Positions 18,854-28,325 of a DNA stretch of 64,000 bases are shown in pieces. The notes under the pieces were generated by a model that worked only from the letters and a program-made list of their open reading frames with translations, had not been told where the DNA came from and ran no database searches. Source of the DNA: Clostridiales bacterium (GTDB taxonomy: Bacteria > Bacillota > Clostridia > Saccharofermentanales > Saccharofermentanaceae). The position numbers and the translations under genes were made by a program. Each line of letters opens with the position of its first letter. The first letter of the stretch is position 1. Location: the NCBI GenBank assembly GCA_017513085.1, contig JAFWDK010000022.1, positions 1-64,000 on the forward strand, read 5' to 3'.

Positions 18854-18973
18854 AAAATCTTGATATGGTGTAATTATTGCGGATTGAAAATCTTGTTTTG
18901 TGCCAAATCGAGTGTTACAATAAAAATGTTTGAAACGGTGTGAATTCAAGAGAACAAAAATCTTGATATGGTG
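18854..18973 (+). repeat. Four degenerate repeats at 33-36 bp spacing upstream of the AAA_14 gene
   Basis: AAAATCTTGATATGGTG (18854, 18957), AAAATCTTGTTTTGTG (18887), AAAATGTTTGAAACGGTG (18923). Confidence 0.55.
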
Positions 18974-18986
18974 GTGCAAAGCGTTT

Positions 18987-20339
18987 ATGAAGCGTAAGAT
19001 TGAGGAAAAGATCCTAAACTGGAAAGCGAAAAGCAACGGAAAGACTGCCCTGCTCATCGACGGTGCCAGACGAGTCGGAAAAAGCTTTATTGTTGAAGAA
19101 TTTGCGAAGCAAAACTATAAGACATATATCCTGATAGATTTTAACCAGGTTGGTTCTGAGATCAAAGATCTGTTTGACATGAACCTTCGAGATCTCGACA
19201 GTTTCTTTATGTATCTATCGGCCGCATTTAATGTGAAGCTTTATAACAGAGAGTCCTTGATCATCTTTGATGAAGTTCAACTATATCCGCGAGCGAGAGC
19301 GGCGATTAAGTTCCTTGTTGCGGATGGCAGATATGATTATATTGAGACCGGATCTCTGATGTCGATCAAGAAAAATGTTAAGGGCATTGTGATCCCCTCG
19401 GAAGAGCGGCATATTAAGATGTATCCTATGGACTTTGAGGAGTTTCTCTGGGCAAAGGGTGAAGATATGATCATGCCGATGATACGGGATTGCTTTGAGA
19501 AAAGGAAACCATTAGGACAGGCTTTGCATCGTAAGGTCATGACACTCTTTCGTGAATACATTATCGTTGGCGGCATGCCTCAAGCTGTCAATGAATATAT
19601 TGAGACCGGGGATTTCGAAGCGGTTGATCAGATCAAAAGAGATATCCTGAATTTGTATAGAGAGGATATTCAGAAACATGCGAATGGTTACGAAGGAAAG
19701 GTCGAAAGTATCTTTGATGAGATTCCGGCTCAGCTTTCAAAGCATGAAAAGAAGTTTACGATCTCTTCATTGGGAAAAGGTGCACGATTCAGAGATTATG
19801 AGAGCGCATTCCTATGGCTTCAGGATTCAATGATGACAAATGTGTGTTTCAATTCAACCGAGCCAAATATAGGCTTAAAACTAAATCGGGACAATTCTGC
19901 TTTCAAGATGTACATGGGAGATACCGGACTTCTGATCAGTCACGCTTTTGACGAGAACGGGATTGTTTCTGAGGAAATATATAAGAAGTTACTGTTTGGA
20001 AAGTTGGAAGTCAATGAAGGAATGATCTTTGAGAACATAGTATCTCAGATGCTTGTTGCCAATGGTCGTGCCCTATACTTCTATTCTAATTCATCGCGAA
20101 CAGATAAGGACAGTAGGATGGAAATAGACTTCCTGCTAGCAAAGAGCAAGACAACTAGTCGGCACAATATTTCACCGCTTGAAGTAAAGACCGGAAAGAA
20201 TTATACACTGTCTTCTCTGAATAAATTCAGAAAAAAATATTCTGAGCAGTTATATGAAGCTTTTGTTTTGCACACAGCGGATTTGATCGAAAAAGACGAG
20301 ATAACATACTTGCCCGTTTATATGATTATTTGTCTGTAG
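18987..20339 (+). CDS. AAA_14 ATPase with DUF4143-type C-terminal domain
   Basis: MKRKI start, GARRVGKS, IIFDEVQ, ETGS, MYPMDFEEFL, GGMP, DTGLL, EIDFL...EVKTG. Confidence 0.85.
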   Translation: MKRKIEEKILNWKAKSNGKTALLIDGARRVGKSFIVEEFAKQNYKTYILIDFNQVGSEIKDLFDMNLRDLDSFFMYLSAAFNVKLYNRESLIIFDEVQLYPRARAAIKFLVADGRYDYIETGSLMSIKKNVKGIVIPSEERHIKMYPMDFEEFLWAKGEDMIMPMIRDCFEKRKPLGQALHRKVMTLFREYIIVGGMPQAVNEYIETGDFEAVDQIKRDILNLYREDIQKHANGYEGKVESIFDEIPAQLSKHEKKFTISSLGKGARFRDYESAFLWLQDSMMTNVCFNSTEPNIGLKLNRDNSAFKMYMGDTGLLISHAFDENGIVSEEIYKKLLFGKLEVNEGMIFENIVSQMLVANGRALYFYSNSSRTDKDSRMEIDFLLAKSKTTSRHNISPLEVKTGKNYTLSSLNKFRKKYSEQLYEAFVLHTADLIEKDEITYLPVYMIICL

Positions 20340-20508
20340 CCGGGATGATGATTTTAAAGTTTCAATAGTTGCGATAATCTTGAATTAATCTAACCAAGAT
20401 CGTTGGATGATACCAACGAAAACGGTGGTGGCCTACAATAAACAGCAATGAAGAGTATGACCGGACAGAAATCAAAAGAAACGCAAAATGCCTGAAAATA
20501 CAGGGCTG

Positions 20509-20521
20509 CAACCGTAGGTTG
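20509..20521. promoter_or_regulatory. Palindromic putative XRE operator
   Basis: CAACC-GTA-GGTTG, overlapping a TTGACA hexamer upstream of the XRE gene. Confidence 0.4.
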
Positions 20522-20603
20522 ACAAAGTTCAAGCTACAGCTGGTGGTTTTGTTAAGAGGGATTTTGCTAGTCTTGAGACAACAAAACCTTGGAGGTGAAA
20601 GAA

Positions 20604-20984
20604 ATGACAATTGCAGATAGGATCCAGAGCCTTAGAAAGTCAAAAGGTATGTCTCAGGAAGAACTGGCGGACAGAATCGGCGTATCCCGTCAGGCGGTTT
20701 CGAAGTGGGAAAGTGAACAGGCGACTCCCGATCTTGAAAAGGTCGTGATCATGAGTGAGATTTTCGAAGTAACTACAGATTATCTTCTTAAAGGGATCGA
20801 ACCGGTAAAGACAGATGAGCATAAGACCATGGCCGATGTGATCGACCAGAAAGTACTTACCGAAAAGAACGGCAAACGCATGAAGACCGCGCTGAAGTGG
20901 TTCCTGCTCGGAGCCGGCGCTTTACTTGCCATAGATCTGATCTCGATGATCATCTATTTTCTCGTAAACGGATTCCCCGGATAA
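20604..20984 (+). CDS. XRE-family HTH regulator with C-terminal transmembrane helix
   Basis: [20 protein letters not shown]; RBS GGAGG; hydrophobic C-terminus. Confidence 0.9.
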   Translation: MTIADRIQSLRKSKGMSQEELADRIGVSRQAVSKWESEQATPDLEKVVIMSEIFEVTTDYLLKGIEPVKTDEHKTMADVIDQKVLTEKNGKRMKTALKWFLLGAGALLAIDLISMIIYFLVNGFPG

Positions 20985-21072
20985 TTCACGTTTTACAATA
21001 CAGATCTGAATGATAGAAAGTCCGATCTGTGACCGGACTGTTCTATTACTGCGCTCAAAAAGGAGTTTTACC

Positions 21073-22011
21073 ATGCGAAGAATAAAAGAACTTATAAAGA
21101 ACATCAGCCCGTTTAACAACCGTACCGACATGCCGAAGATCCTTTATATCATCAAAGTGATCCTGATCTTCTGGGCATTTAAATTCGGGGCGGAACTGAT
21201 CGGTGAAGGCCTTGTGATCGCACTTCACTTTGCCTGCGGGAAAAACCCACTGAAAGGTGAAATGTTCAGCAATAACACGATCACGCTGATTACTTACTTC
21301 GGCTACGGTATCATGATCGGTATCATCGCGCTTTTCTGGAAACTGTTTCAGAAGAAGGGTCTGAAAGAACTCGGATTTGCAAAGCCGGCGGCGAGTTATT
21401 TTGCCGGAGTATTGGCGGGCATGGTCCTTCTTTTGATCTCCGTGGCGGCCATTACTCTCACGGGAGCGATCGAGTATAACGGCGTATTCGGTAACATCGA
21501 CTATAGGATGGTGGCAGTCATGTTTATCTGCTTTGTTCTTCAGGGCGCGCTGGAAGAGATCCTCTGCAGAGGTATCGTTCAGCAGCTCCTTCAGAAAAAG
21601 ACCTCCGTCCCTTCTGCGATCTTCGTAAGTGCAGTCCTTTTTACTATCCCGCACCTCTCGAGCATGGACTTCGGAAACCCTGCCATTGCTTCGATTGCAG
21701 TTGTCAATCTTTTCCTGGTTTCGCTGATCTTCTCGCTTCTGACTCTTCGCTTCAAGAGCATCTGGGCGGCATGCGGCATGCACTCGATCTGGAATTATAT
21801 ACTGTACAGCATCTTAGGACTCAACCTGAGCGGAAATGGTGAGATCGTCTCTTCCATCTTTGACATGAGATCTATAGGAAGCAGCATCTTAAACGGCGGC
21901 GTGTACGGAATCGAAGCAAGCATTATCACCACGGTAGTATTAGGAGCTGCTTGCGGTGTGATACTTATGCGTCAAACCGAATCTTTAAAGATTGCAACAG
22001 TAAATACGTGA
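21073..22011 (+). CDS. CPBP (CAAX/Abi) family intramembrane metalloprotease
   Basis: EEILCRG, FTIPH and H..WN motifs; multiple TM segments; RBS AGGAG. Confidence 0.9.
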   Translation: MRRIKELIKNISPFNNRTDMPKILYIIKVILIFWAFKFGAELIGEGLVIALHFACGKNPLKGEMFSNNTITLITYFGYGIMIGIIALFWKLFQKKGLKELGFAKPAASYFAGVLAGMVLLLISVAAITLTGAIEYNGVFGNIDYRMVAVMFICFVLQGALEEILCRGIVQQLLQKKTSVPSAIFVSAVLFTIPHLSSMDFGNPAIASIAVVNLFLVSLIFSLLTLRFKSIWAACGMHSIWNYILYSILGLNLSGNGEIVSSIFDMRSIGSSILNGGVYGIEASIITTVVLGAACGVILMRQTESLKIATVNT

Positions 22012-22025
22012 TGGAGGCTTGTAAG

Positions 22026-22811
22026 TTAGCGCAGATCTTTCTTCGTGTATTTTCCGTAAGCGCAGACGATTCCGATAACCATCATGATCATACCCGGAAA
22101 GAGATACTTCAATTCCAGTTTTCCGTTGTTGATGATGTCAGCAGTTTCGGTATAACCGAAGGCTGTAATGTATTTAAGAAATCCGGCTGAATCGGAGATG
22201 TTGGCGACGATGTTCAGGAAATACATCACCCCGGCGATGCCGATACCGATCCCAAGCCCGCCATGTACGAGAAAAGCCGACACACCAAAACAGATCCCGG
22301 CAATCTCAAATTGCATGAGAAGGTAGGCGAGGTGGAAAAGAAGAAGTTCTTTCCAGAAGATAGATTCTCCGATCATGAGGATCGACACGATGGCAAGAAT
22401 CAGAATGATTGCATTTAGGATAAGGATGATAGAAAAGACACTCAAAAGTTTTTCTGAGATGACGCGTACGCGTGAAACCGGATGGGCAAAGAGAAATTCG
22501 GCGGTGTGGTCGTGCTCTTCTTTAGAGAGCGCAGAGACAGCGATGATGGCGGCAAATAGTGCTCCGCCGATTCCGATCATGTTGCCGCCCTCTACGGCAT
22601 AAAAGCCAACAAGTGTTCCGAAATCCAGACGGTCCATTCCAAATGCTGAGGTAAAAGAACCCATTTTCGAGAACATCTGATTGATATTGCTCATCTGCGA
22701 CTTCATCTCAGGATACATCAGTACGCACATGGTAACCAAAAGTCCGATGCTGAAACTCCAGATCAGAGTGGCTTTTTTCTGTGAGTGTATTTCTTGTTTT
22801 AGTATAGTCAT
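22026..22811 (-). CDS. ABC-2 type transporter permease
   Basis: Six TM segments, EE..HTAEFL..HPVSR, C-terminal KKDL. Confidence 0.85.
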   Translation of the reverse strand: MTILKQEIHSQKKATLIWSFSIGLLVTMCVLMYPEMKSQMSNINQMFSKMGSFTSAFGMDRLDFGTLVGFYAVEGGNMIGIGGALFAAIIAVSALSKEEHDHTAEFLFAHPVSRVRVISEKLLSVFSIILILNAIILILAIVSILMIGESIFWKELLLFHLAYLLMQFEIAGICFGVSAFLVHGGLGIGIGIAGVMYFLNIVANISDSAGFLKYITAFGYTETADIINNGKLELKYLFPGMIMMVIGIVCAYGKYTKKDLR

Positions 22812-22821
22812 TTTTCTTTCC

Positions 22822-23751
22822 TCATTCGTAGTAGTGTAAGAAAATCTCTTCCAGGCTTGGCTCGGTGATCGTGATGTCCTCTATCCTTTCCCTGGAAAGA
22901 ACGGAGAGTAGTTTGTTTATGTCGCCGTTATAGAGAAAACATACGGATGAATGCCGGATATCGGCCGCTTTTGTGACAGACTTGTCGGGATTCTGTCCGG
23001 CATCTTCGTCTGTAAGAGTTACACCGGAAAGAGAAAGAAGCGCGCTCCTATCGAAAAGCCCTGTAATACATACTTTTCGAGTCCCGGTCTGCTCAAGATC
23101 ACCGACTTTGCCGGATAACAGGATCTTCCCGTCTTTAATGAAAGCAGCGCTTCTGCAGTAGGCTTGAACTTCCGAAAGAATATGAGAGGAGAAAAAGATG
23201 GTTGCTCCCCGTTCATTTTCCTCCTGTAGGATCGTGAAGAACTCTTTTTGCATCAGCGGATCAAGTCCGGATGTCGGCTCATCTAAGATCAGCATGTCCG
23301 GGTGGTGCTGTACGGCACAGATGATTCCGACCTTCTTTCTGTTTCCCAGTGAAAGATCGTCAACTTTTCTCCCGGGATCAAGGTCGAGCCGTCGACAGAG
23401 TTCTTCTGCCTTTTGACTACAATCGGTCTTTCGAAGGTCGGCTGAGTATTTGATGACATCACGAACCTTCATGCCGTGATAGAAGTGAATCTCAGAAGGG
23501 AGATATCCGACCTTTTCCAGGATCTTCTCTTTTCCCGATACAATATCGTATCCGAGAACTTTAGCGGATCCGCTGCTTGGTGTGATCAGACCTAGTAGCG
23601 TGCGGATCGTTGTGGATTTGCCGGCACCGTTCGGACCAATGAATCCGAAGAAATCACCCGCTTCCACTTTAAGATCCAGATTACGGATGCCTCTGCTTTT
23701 TCCATATGACTTCGTTAGATCCGAAGCCTCGATTGCAAGTAATCGTTCCAT
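22822..23751 (-). CDS. ABC transporter ATP-binding protein
   Basis: GPNGAGKST, LSLG, LILDEPTSGLDP, SSH. Confidence 0.95.
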   Translation of the reverse strand: MERLLAIEASDLTKSYGKSRGIRNLDLKVEAGDFFGFIGPNGAGKSTTIRTLLGLITPSSGSAKVLGYDIVSGKEKILEKVGYLPSEIHFYHGMKVRDVIKYSADLRKTDCSQKAEELCRRLDLDPGRKVDDLSLGNRKKVGIICAVQHHPDMLILDEPTSGLDPLMQKEFFTILQEENERGATIFFSSHILSEVQAYCRSAAFIKDGKILLSGKVGDLEQTGTRKVCITGLFDRSALLSLSGVTLTDEDAGQNPDKSVTKAADIRHSSVCFLYNGDINKLLSVLSRERIEDITITEPSLEEIFLHYYE

Positions 23752-23760
23752 ATTCTTACC

Positions 23761-24366
23761 TCATTTCAGATACAGAGTTTTCCAGAAATCAATGAGTTTT
23801 CTATAGTCGGAGATGACCTTGTCCACATTGATATTTCCGCCCTGTTGCATGTGATACATATATCCTTCCGATGCCAGGAAAATATCCTGATACATCATAT
23901 GAAGATCGATACCATCCTTGAAGAGCGAAGGATCCAGTTTAGGAAGCGTCTTGTTGGTGCTGAGTCTGGTGTAAGGTGCGATGATCTTCTGAAGTTCATC
24001 ACGTACTTCCTCATCCTCTTCGTAATACGCTTTTAATGCAAAAGCACTCATGTCCGGGTACTTGCGCATCATATCGGTTTTTGCCAGCAGACCTTGATAC
24101 ATCATCTCGAAAATATCCGTCTCCTGATAGCAGCCGGATGACTGAAGGGTCTTTGATGTCAGCTCTTCGGCCTTCCGCATCAGGAAAAGATACAGTTCTT
24201 TTTTGTTACGGAAATAGAAGAAGAGGAGAGACTTGCTGATCCCCGCTTCGCCGGCGATCTCATTCATCGGGCTTTTGCGGTAGGAGTTTTTCGAGAACAC
24301 GCGAAACCCTGCATTCAGGATGCGTAATTGTTTTTCTTGCGGTAGTTGGTAAAACTTCGCGTTCAT
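23761..24366 (-). CDS. TetR/AcrR family regulator
   Basis: N-terminal HTH IAGEAGISKSLLFFYFRNKKELY. Confidence 0.9.
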   Translation of the reverse strand: MNAKFYQLPQEKQLRILNAGFRVFSKNSYRKSPMNEIAGEAGISKSLLFFYFRNKKELYLFLMRKAEELTSKTLQSSGCYQETDIFEMMYQGLLAKTDMMRKYPDMSAFALKAYYEEDEEVRDELQKIIAPYTRLSTNKTLPKLDPSLFKDGIDLHMMYQDIFLASEGYMYHMQQGGNINVDKVISDYRKLIDFWKTLYLK

Positions 24367-24380
24367 AGATGTGACCTCCG

Positions 24381-24397
24381 TTGACCGAATCGGTTAA
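24381..24397. promoter_or_regulatory. Putative TetR operator
   Basis: Near-palindrome TTGACCGAATCGGTTAA just upstream of the tetR RBS. Confidence 0.55.
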
Positions 24398-24595
24398 TAC
24401 TATTGTTGCTCCATTGACCGTTTTTGAGAAGACCCCAAATGAAATGACTTAAAATTTGTTCGCAAAATAGTGCATTTCTTGTCACGATATAAATCTTTTT
24501 GAAGAAATATTTTCATTCTATAATTTTATAGAGTATAATATTATGTGGGTTTGTATCGAACACGACTCTAAACATTTTTAATCGGGAGACTCAAG

Positions 24596-26212
24596 ATGAC
24601 AATAGAATCACTTTATAAAGGTGTAAAACTGAAGGACTATTACATGGGCAAGGTTACGCAGGTATACAGAAGTAACTGTATCGCGCAGATCGAAAACCTT
24701 GATATTATGAATGACAGAAGCAAGTTCAATAAATCTTTCCTGCCGAATTCGATCAATTACTTTGTTGTAATCGATTCGACCTCAGGTATTTTCCTGGGAG
24801 AGGTTTTTGAGAACAAGGCTTCCAGAAAGAAGACCGCTGAAGTTTCTGCAACAGAATTGAGCCCTGATGCATATCATGAGATCTGCATCGATACGATCGC
24901 TCTTATGGCACCTGGCTCGGATAAGTTTGACCTTGCCGGTTTTAAGACGCTCGGTATTACGGATAATGTTTATCTTGCTACCGATGAAGTCTACAAGATC
25001 TTCATGAAATCTCTTGAGTTCTCCAATGAAGAAGAGACACCGCTTCCGCCATTTGCAACATATCTCAACAGATCTCAGGCCGGTGTTTCACTTAAGCCGA
25101 GTACCCTTTTCAATCGTCATCTTATGTGTATTGGTGCTACAAACAGTGGTAAATCCACAACAGCACTTGCCATTCTTGATAAACTTGTTTCTACGAAGCG
25201 TAAGACGCTGATCATTGACCCGACAGGTGAGTATAGAGATGCCTTCTCCAGTGATGAAGTAACTAAGATCACGCTGGGTGTTGATACGACGATCTCTCCT
25301 AGTAAGATCACGATGGGACAGTGGGAGAAGCTTTTTGAAACTGAGAACAGCAGTCAGGGTGCCGTTCTTTCTGAGGCGATCACATCCCTTCGCTTTATGA
25401 AGAAGATCGGTGATGATTCCTATTATTTTAAGGTCGGTGCAAACATCGATGAGGTTCAGGAGAATCTTGCATCGGTATCCAAGGACGACACGGATTTTAA
25501 TATCGAACTTCTCCCGGAGCAGATCCAGGCTGAGGCTGTCTGCGAACCGGATCGTGACAATAACTATAATTTCAGATATCGTTATGATTCTCTGAAAGCC
25601 AATTCCAATGCTTCGTTTGTTAAGAAGATCCAGTATCAGATGACAAACACGAGATTCCTGACATTCTTCTCTAACGATCCGAGTATGTATAATCTCCTCG
25701 ACGTTATCGATGAGTTTGTGCATTTGCCGGAAGTAAGTCTTTATATCGACACTTCCAAACTTGGTGCGGCAGAAGGTATCGGTGGAATGGTCATCGAGCT
25801 TGTCAGCAATTTCGTTATCTCGCAGGATAACACGTACCCGTTCGTATTCTTTATCGATGAGGTACACAGATATGCGAAGTCCAGATATTCCGAGAAGGAA
25901 TTCCATGGCGGTCTTACACTTCTTGCAAGAGAAGGCCGTAGAAAGGGTATCTTCCTTTACTTGACATCACAGAACCCGAAGGATGTTTCGCCGGTCCTCT
26001 TTGGTCAGATCGGTACGCTTCTTATCCACAGACTCATGCTTAACGATGAGATCCGATCTGTGGAGAATCATCTTGATGATTTTGCAATCAAGCATGTCAG
26101 AAAACTCCATCAGGGCGAAGTTATCCTCTCCAGCGTAAACCTTTTGCACAACATGTTTATTCATGTTAATAAGTGTGATAGAAAACAGTACAACGATACT
26201 CCGCTTCTGTAA
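24596..26212 (+). CDS. HerA/FtsK-like ATPase (DUF87-type, N-terminal HAS-barrel-like region)
   Basis: RH..IGATNSGKST, IIDPTGEY, FFIDEVHRY, AREGRRKG..L..SQ.P, IHRL. Confidence 0.85.
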   Translation: MTIESLYKGVKLKDYYMGKVTQVYRSNCIAQIENLDIMNDRSKFNKSFLPNSINYFVVIDSTSGIFLGEVFENKASRKKTAEVSATELSPDAYHEICIDTIALMAPGSDKFDLAGFKTLGITDNVYLATDEVYKIFMKSLEFSNEEETPLPPFATYLNRSQAGVSLKPSTLFNRHLMCIGATNSGKSTTALAILDKLVSTKRKTLIIDPTGEYRDAFSSDEVTKITLGVDTTISPSKITMGQWEKLFETENSSQGAVLSEAITSLRFMKKIGDDSYYFKVGANIDEVQENLASVSKDDTDFNIELLPEQIQAEAVCEPDRDNNYNFRYRYDSLKANSNASFVKKIQYQMTNTRFLTFFSNDPSMYNLLDVIDEFVHLPEVSLYIDTSKLGAAEGIGGMVIELVSNFVISQDNTYPFVFFIDEVHRYAKSRYSEKEFHGGLTLLAREGRRKGIFLYLTSQNPKDVSPVLFGQIGTLLIHRLMLNDEIRSVENHLDDFAIKHVRKLHQGEVILSSVNLLHNMFIHVNKCDRKQYNDTPLL

Positions 26213-26237
26213 GGACAGCACTATTAAGCTTTTTCAG

Positions 26238-26275
26238 GAAACTGCCTCATGTTTGATCATGAGGCAGTTTTCTTT
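26238..26275. terminator. Terminator between convergent genes
   Basis: GAAACTGCCTCAT...ATGAGGCAGTTT followed by T-rich run. Confidence 0.7.
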
Positions 26276-26282
26276 GACTTGA

Positions 26283-28256
26283 TCAGAACATAGGTGATGG
26301 GTTGTTGCTCCACTCGTAGACGCGACCATCTTTTTGGACTTGCTTGATGAATCTGTCCGCCTCGCCGCTGAGCTCTTCGACAAGATCTGTATCGATGTTG
26401 TGACCACAGTTGGAGTAAAGGACAAGCTTACAGTGTGGAAGTGCTTTTGCCGTACGAAGCATGAGATCCGGCGTGCTGATCGGGTCGTCGATGGCGCCCA
26501 GGATCAGAGTCGGGACTTCGATGGTGTGCAGCATCTCACAGAGTTTTTCTTCAGTCTTATACTTCAGAAGAGGTCTTCCGTAGTCGATTGCCTTCTCGCG
26601 AGGATCCGGTTCCGGATTCGTGGAGATCTGCATGGACCGGAAAGCACGTCTTTGCTCTCTTCGCGGGTCATTATCGATCGGCGGATCCATCGGCGGCGGT
26701 TCCTTGATGATTCCGGATAAGACCATCTGACGGATGGACATCGCACCTTCTTTGAGACTGTGCGGACCGGGGACACATGCTACGAAGCCGGTCACACGGG
26801 ATGGAGAATTAAGCATGAGATGCCAGCCGACACCTGCGCCGTGAGAAGCACCCATATAGATGAATTTATCTATGTGGAGTTTGTCGGCAACCTTGATAAC
26901 GTCGCTTGCGAAGATGTCGTACCAGGCTTCGCCGTAATCCTCGGTCACATACGAGGAGGGATAGAATCCTCGAAGAGTAATGCAGATGACGTGGTAACCC
27001 ATTCTCGCCAGTTGCTGTTGCATACCGAAAGGGAAGAAGCCCATCTGGGCGGAGAGGATATAGTTATCACCGGAACCGAATTCTTCGTAACAGAGGTTGA
27101 TCCCGGGTTCAATATTGACCTCGTGATACATCAATCGGTGCATGGCTCTAAAGTATTCCGGAGACATGCTGCAATGGTAATCTTCTTCCGGATAGGAAGG
27201 ATTCCATTTATCGATCTGATCTTTGTCCAGAACCGTCCCGAGAACACTGTAATAGGCCTTCTTTGCCTCGCTGTGTCCTTTGAAGAGGAGGGGATGGCTG
27301 ACCTCTTTTCTGAAATTGGTGAGCCAGGAATTCTCATCCAGGAGATTCCAGAAAGTCACCGAGGTGATGTTCGCTTTGCCCTCGTCTTTCGCCTTGATCA
27401 GGATGGAAAAGAGCTCTTGGTACTTATCGGCCAGTGCATCCATGGATGCATCGGAGTCATCGGCATTGTGAATATCCATTTCAGTGACGTGGACTTCCAG
27501 GCCCAGTGCACCAAAAGCAAGGAGTGTCGCCTGATACTCCCGCAGATCCGTGTCCATCTGCAGATGCGTCTGCATGCCGACACCATCAATAAGATTTCTC
27601 TCCATGAGAGGTTTAAGGATTAGGTCGAGGATGCAGGTCCTTTTCCATTCCAGAAACGTGTCGTAATCGTTATAAAAGAGCTTGACTTCAGGGGATGCAT
27701 ATTTCCGGGCGAATTCAAACGCTTTGATGACGAAATCCTCGCCGATGGTCTCAGTCCATAAAGATTTTCTCATCGCACCTTCATCAATGGCTTCGTTCAC
27801 AACATCCCACGCGTAGATCTGTCCGGCATAGTTCTCCTGCACGAAAGTCAGGACGCCCTTGATATAGTTTTCAAGTCTGGCCAACATGGTTTCCCTGTCT
27901 TCAAGACCGGCTGTCTCGTCGTAGTTTTTGCAGAAAAACCACTTCGGAGTCTGATTATGCCAGACCAAAGTGTGACCACGCATGGCGATGTGATTCTGTT
28001 TCGAAAATTCGAGGTACGGAATCGCGAAATCGAAGCGGAGTTTCGGCTCCAGGTTATATTTTTCCGGTTCTTTGCAGTTTGCTTCGTTATCCAGAAAATA
28101 CATGGGCTTCATGTCGTTTTCCGAAGTAAAACTATTGTACTGATCAAGAAGAAGCTTCGTGTTCGCCGGAGTATTGAGATTCATCCGCGAAATAGCGGCT
28201 CCCATCTTAAATTTGGAATGAAATGCATCTTTCAGGTTCATATTTATGTCCTCCAT
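26283..28256 (-). CDS. GH10 endo-1,4-beta-xylanase fused to an alpha/beta-hydrolase (putative esterase)
   Basis: ENDMKP, RGHTLVWHNQTP, WDVVNEA (acid/base), YNDY, VTEMD (nucleophile); C-terminal GASHG, DDP and GH triad; no signal peptide. Confidence 0.9.
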   Translation of the reverse strand: MEDINMNLKDAFHSKFKMGAAISRMNLNTPANTKLLLDQYNSFTSENDMKPMYFLDNEANCKEPEKYNLEPKLRFDFAIPYLEFSKQNHIAMRGHTLVWHNQTPKWFFCKNYDETAGLEDRETMLARLENYIKGVLTFVQENYAGQIYAWDVVNEAIDEGAMRKSLWTETIGEDFVIKAFEFARKYASPEVKLFYNDYDTFLEWKRTCILDLILKPLMERNLIDGVGMQTHLQMDTDLREYQATLLAFGALGLEVHVTEMDIHNADDSDASMDALADKYQELFSILIKAKDEGKANITSVTFWNLLDENSWLTNFRKEVSHPLLFKGHSEAKKAYYSVLGTVLDKDQIDKWNPSYPEEDYHCSMSPEYFRAMHRLMYHEVNIEPGINLCYEEFGSGDNYILSAQMGFFPFGMQQQLARMGYHVICITLRGFYPSSYVTEDYGEAWYDIFASDVIKVADKLHIDKFIYMGASHGAGVGWHLMLNSPSRVTGFVACVPGPHSLKEGAMSIRQMVLSGIIKEPPPMDPPIDNDPRREQRRAFRSMQISTNPEPDPREKAIDYGRPLLKYKTEEKLCEMLHTIEVPTLILGAIDDPISTPDLMLRTAKALPHCKLVLYSNCGHNIDTDLVEELSGEADRFIKQVQKDGRVYEWSNNPSPMF

Positions 28257-28325
28257 TGTCTGTCCTAAAGATTGTAATCGAAATCATTGAGTATGGTCAA
28301 TCAGACGCGTAGAGCAGGTTTATCT

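Noticed and set aside
18854-18973. Possible mini-CRISPR array
   Set aside because: Repeats are ≤17 bp and degenerate, spacers ~17 bp, and there are no cas genes in the window.
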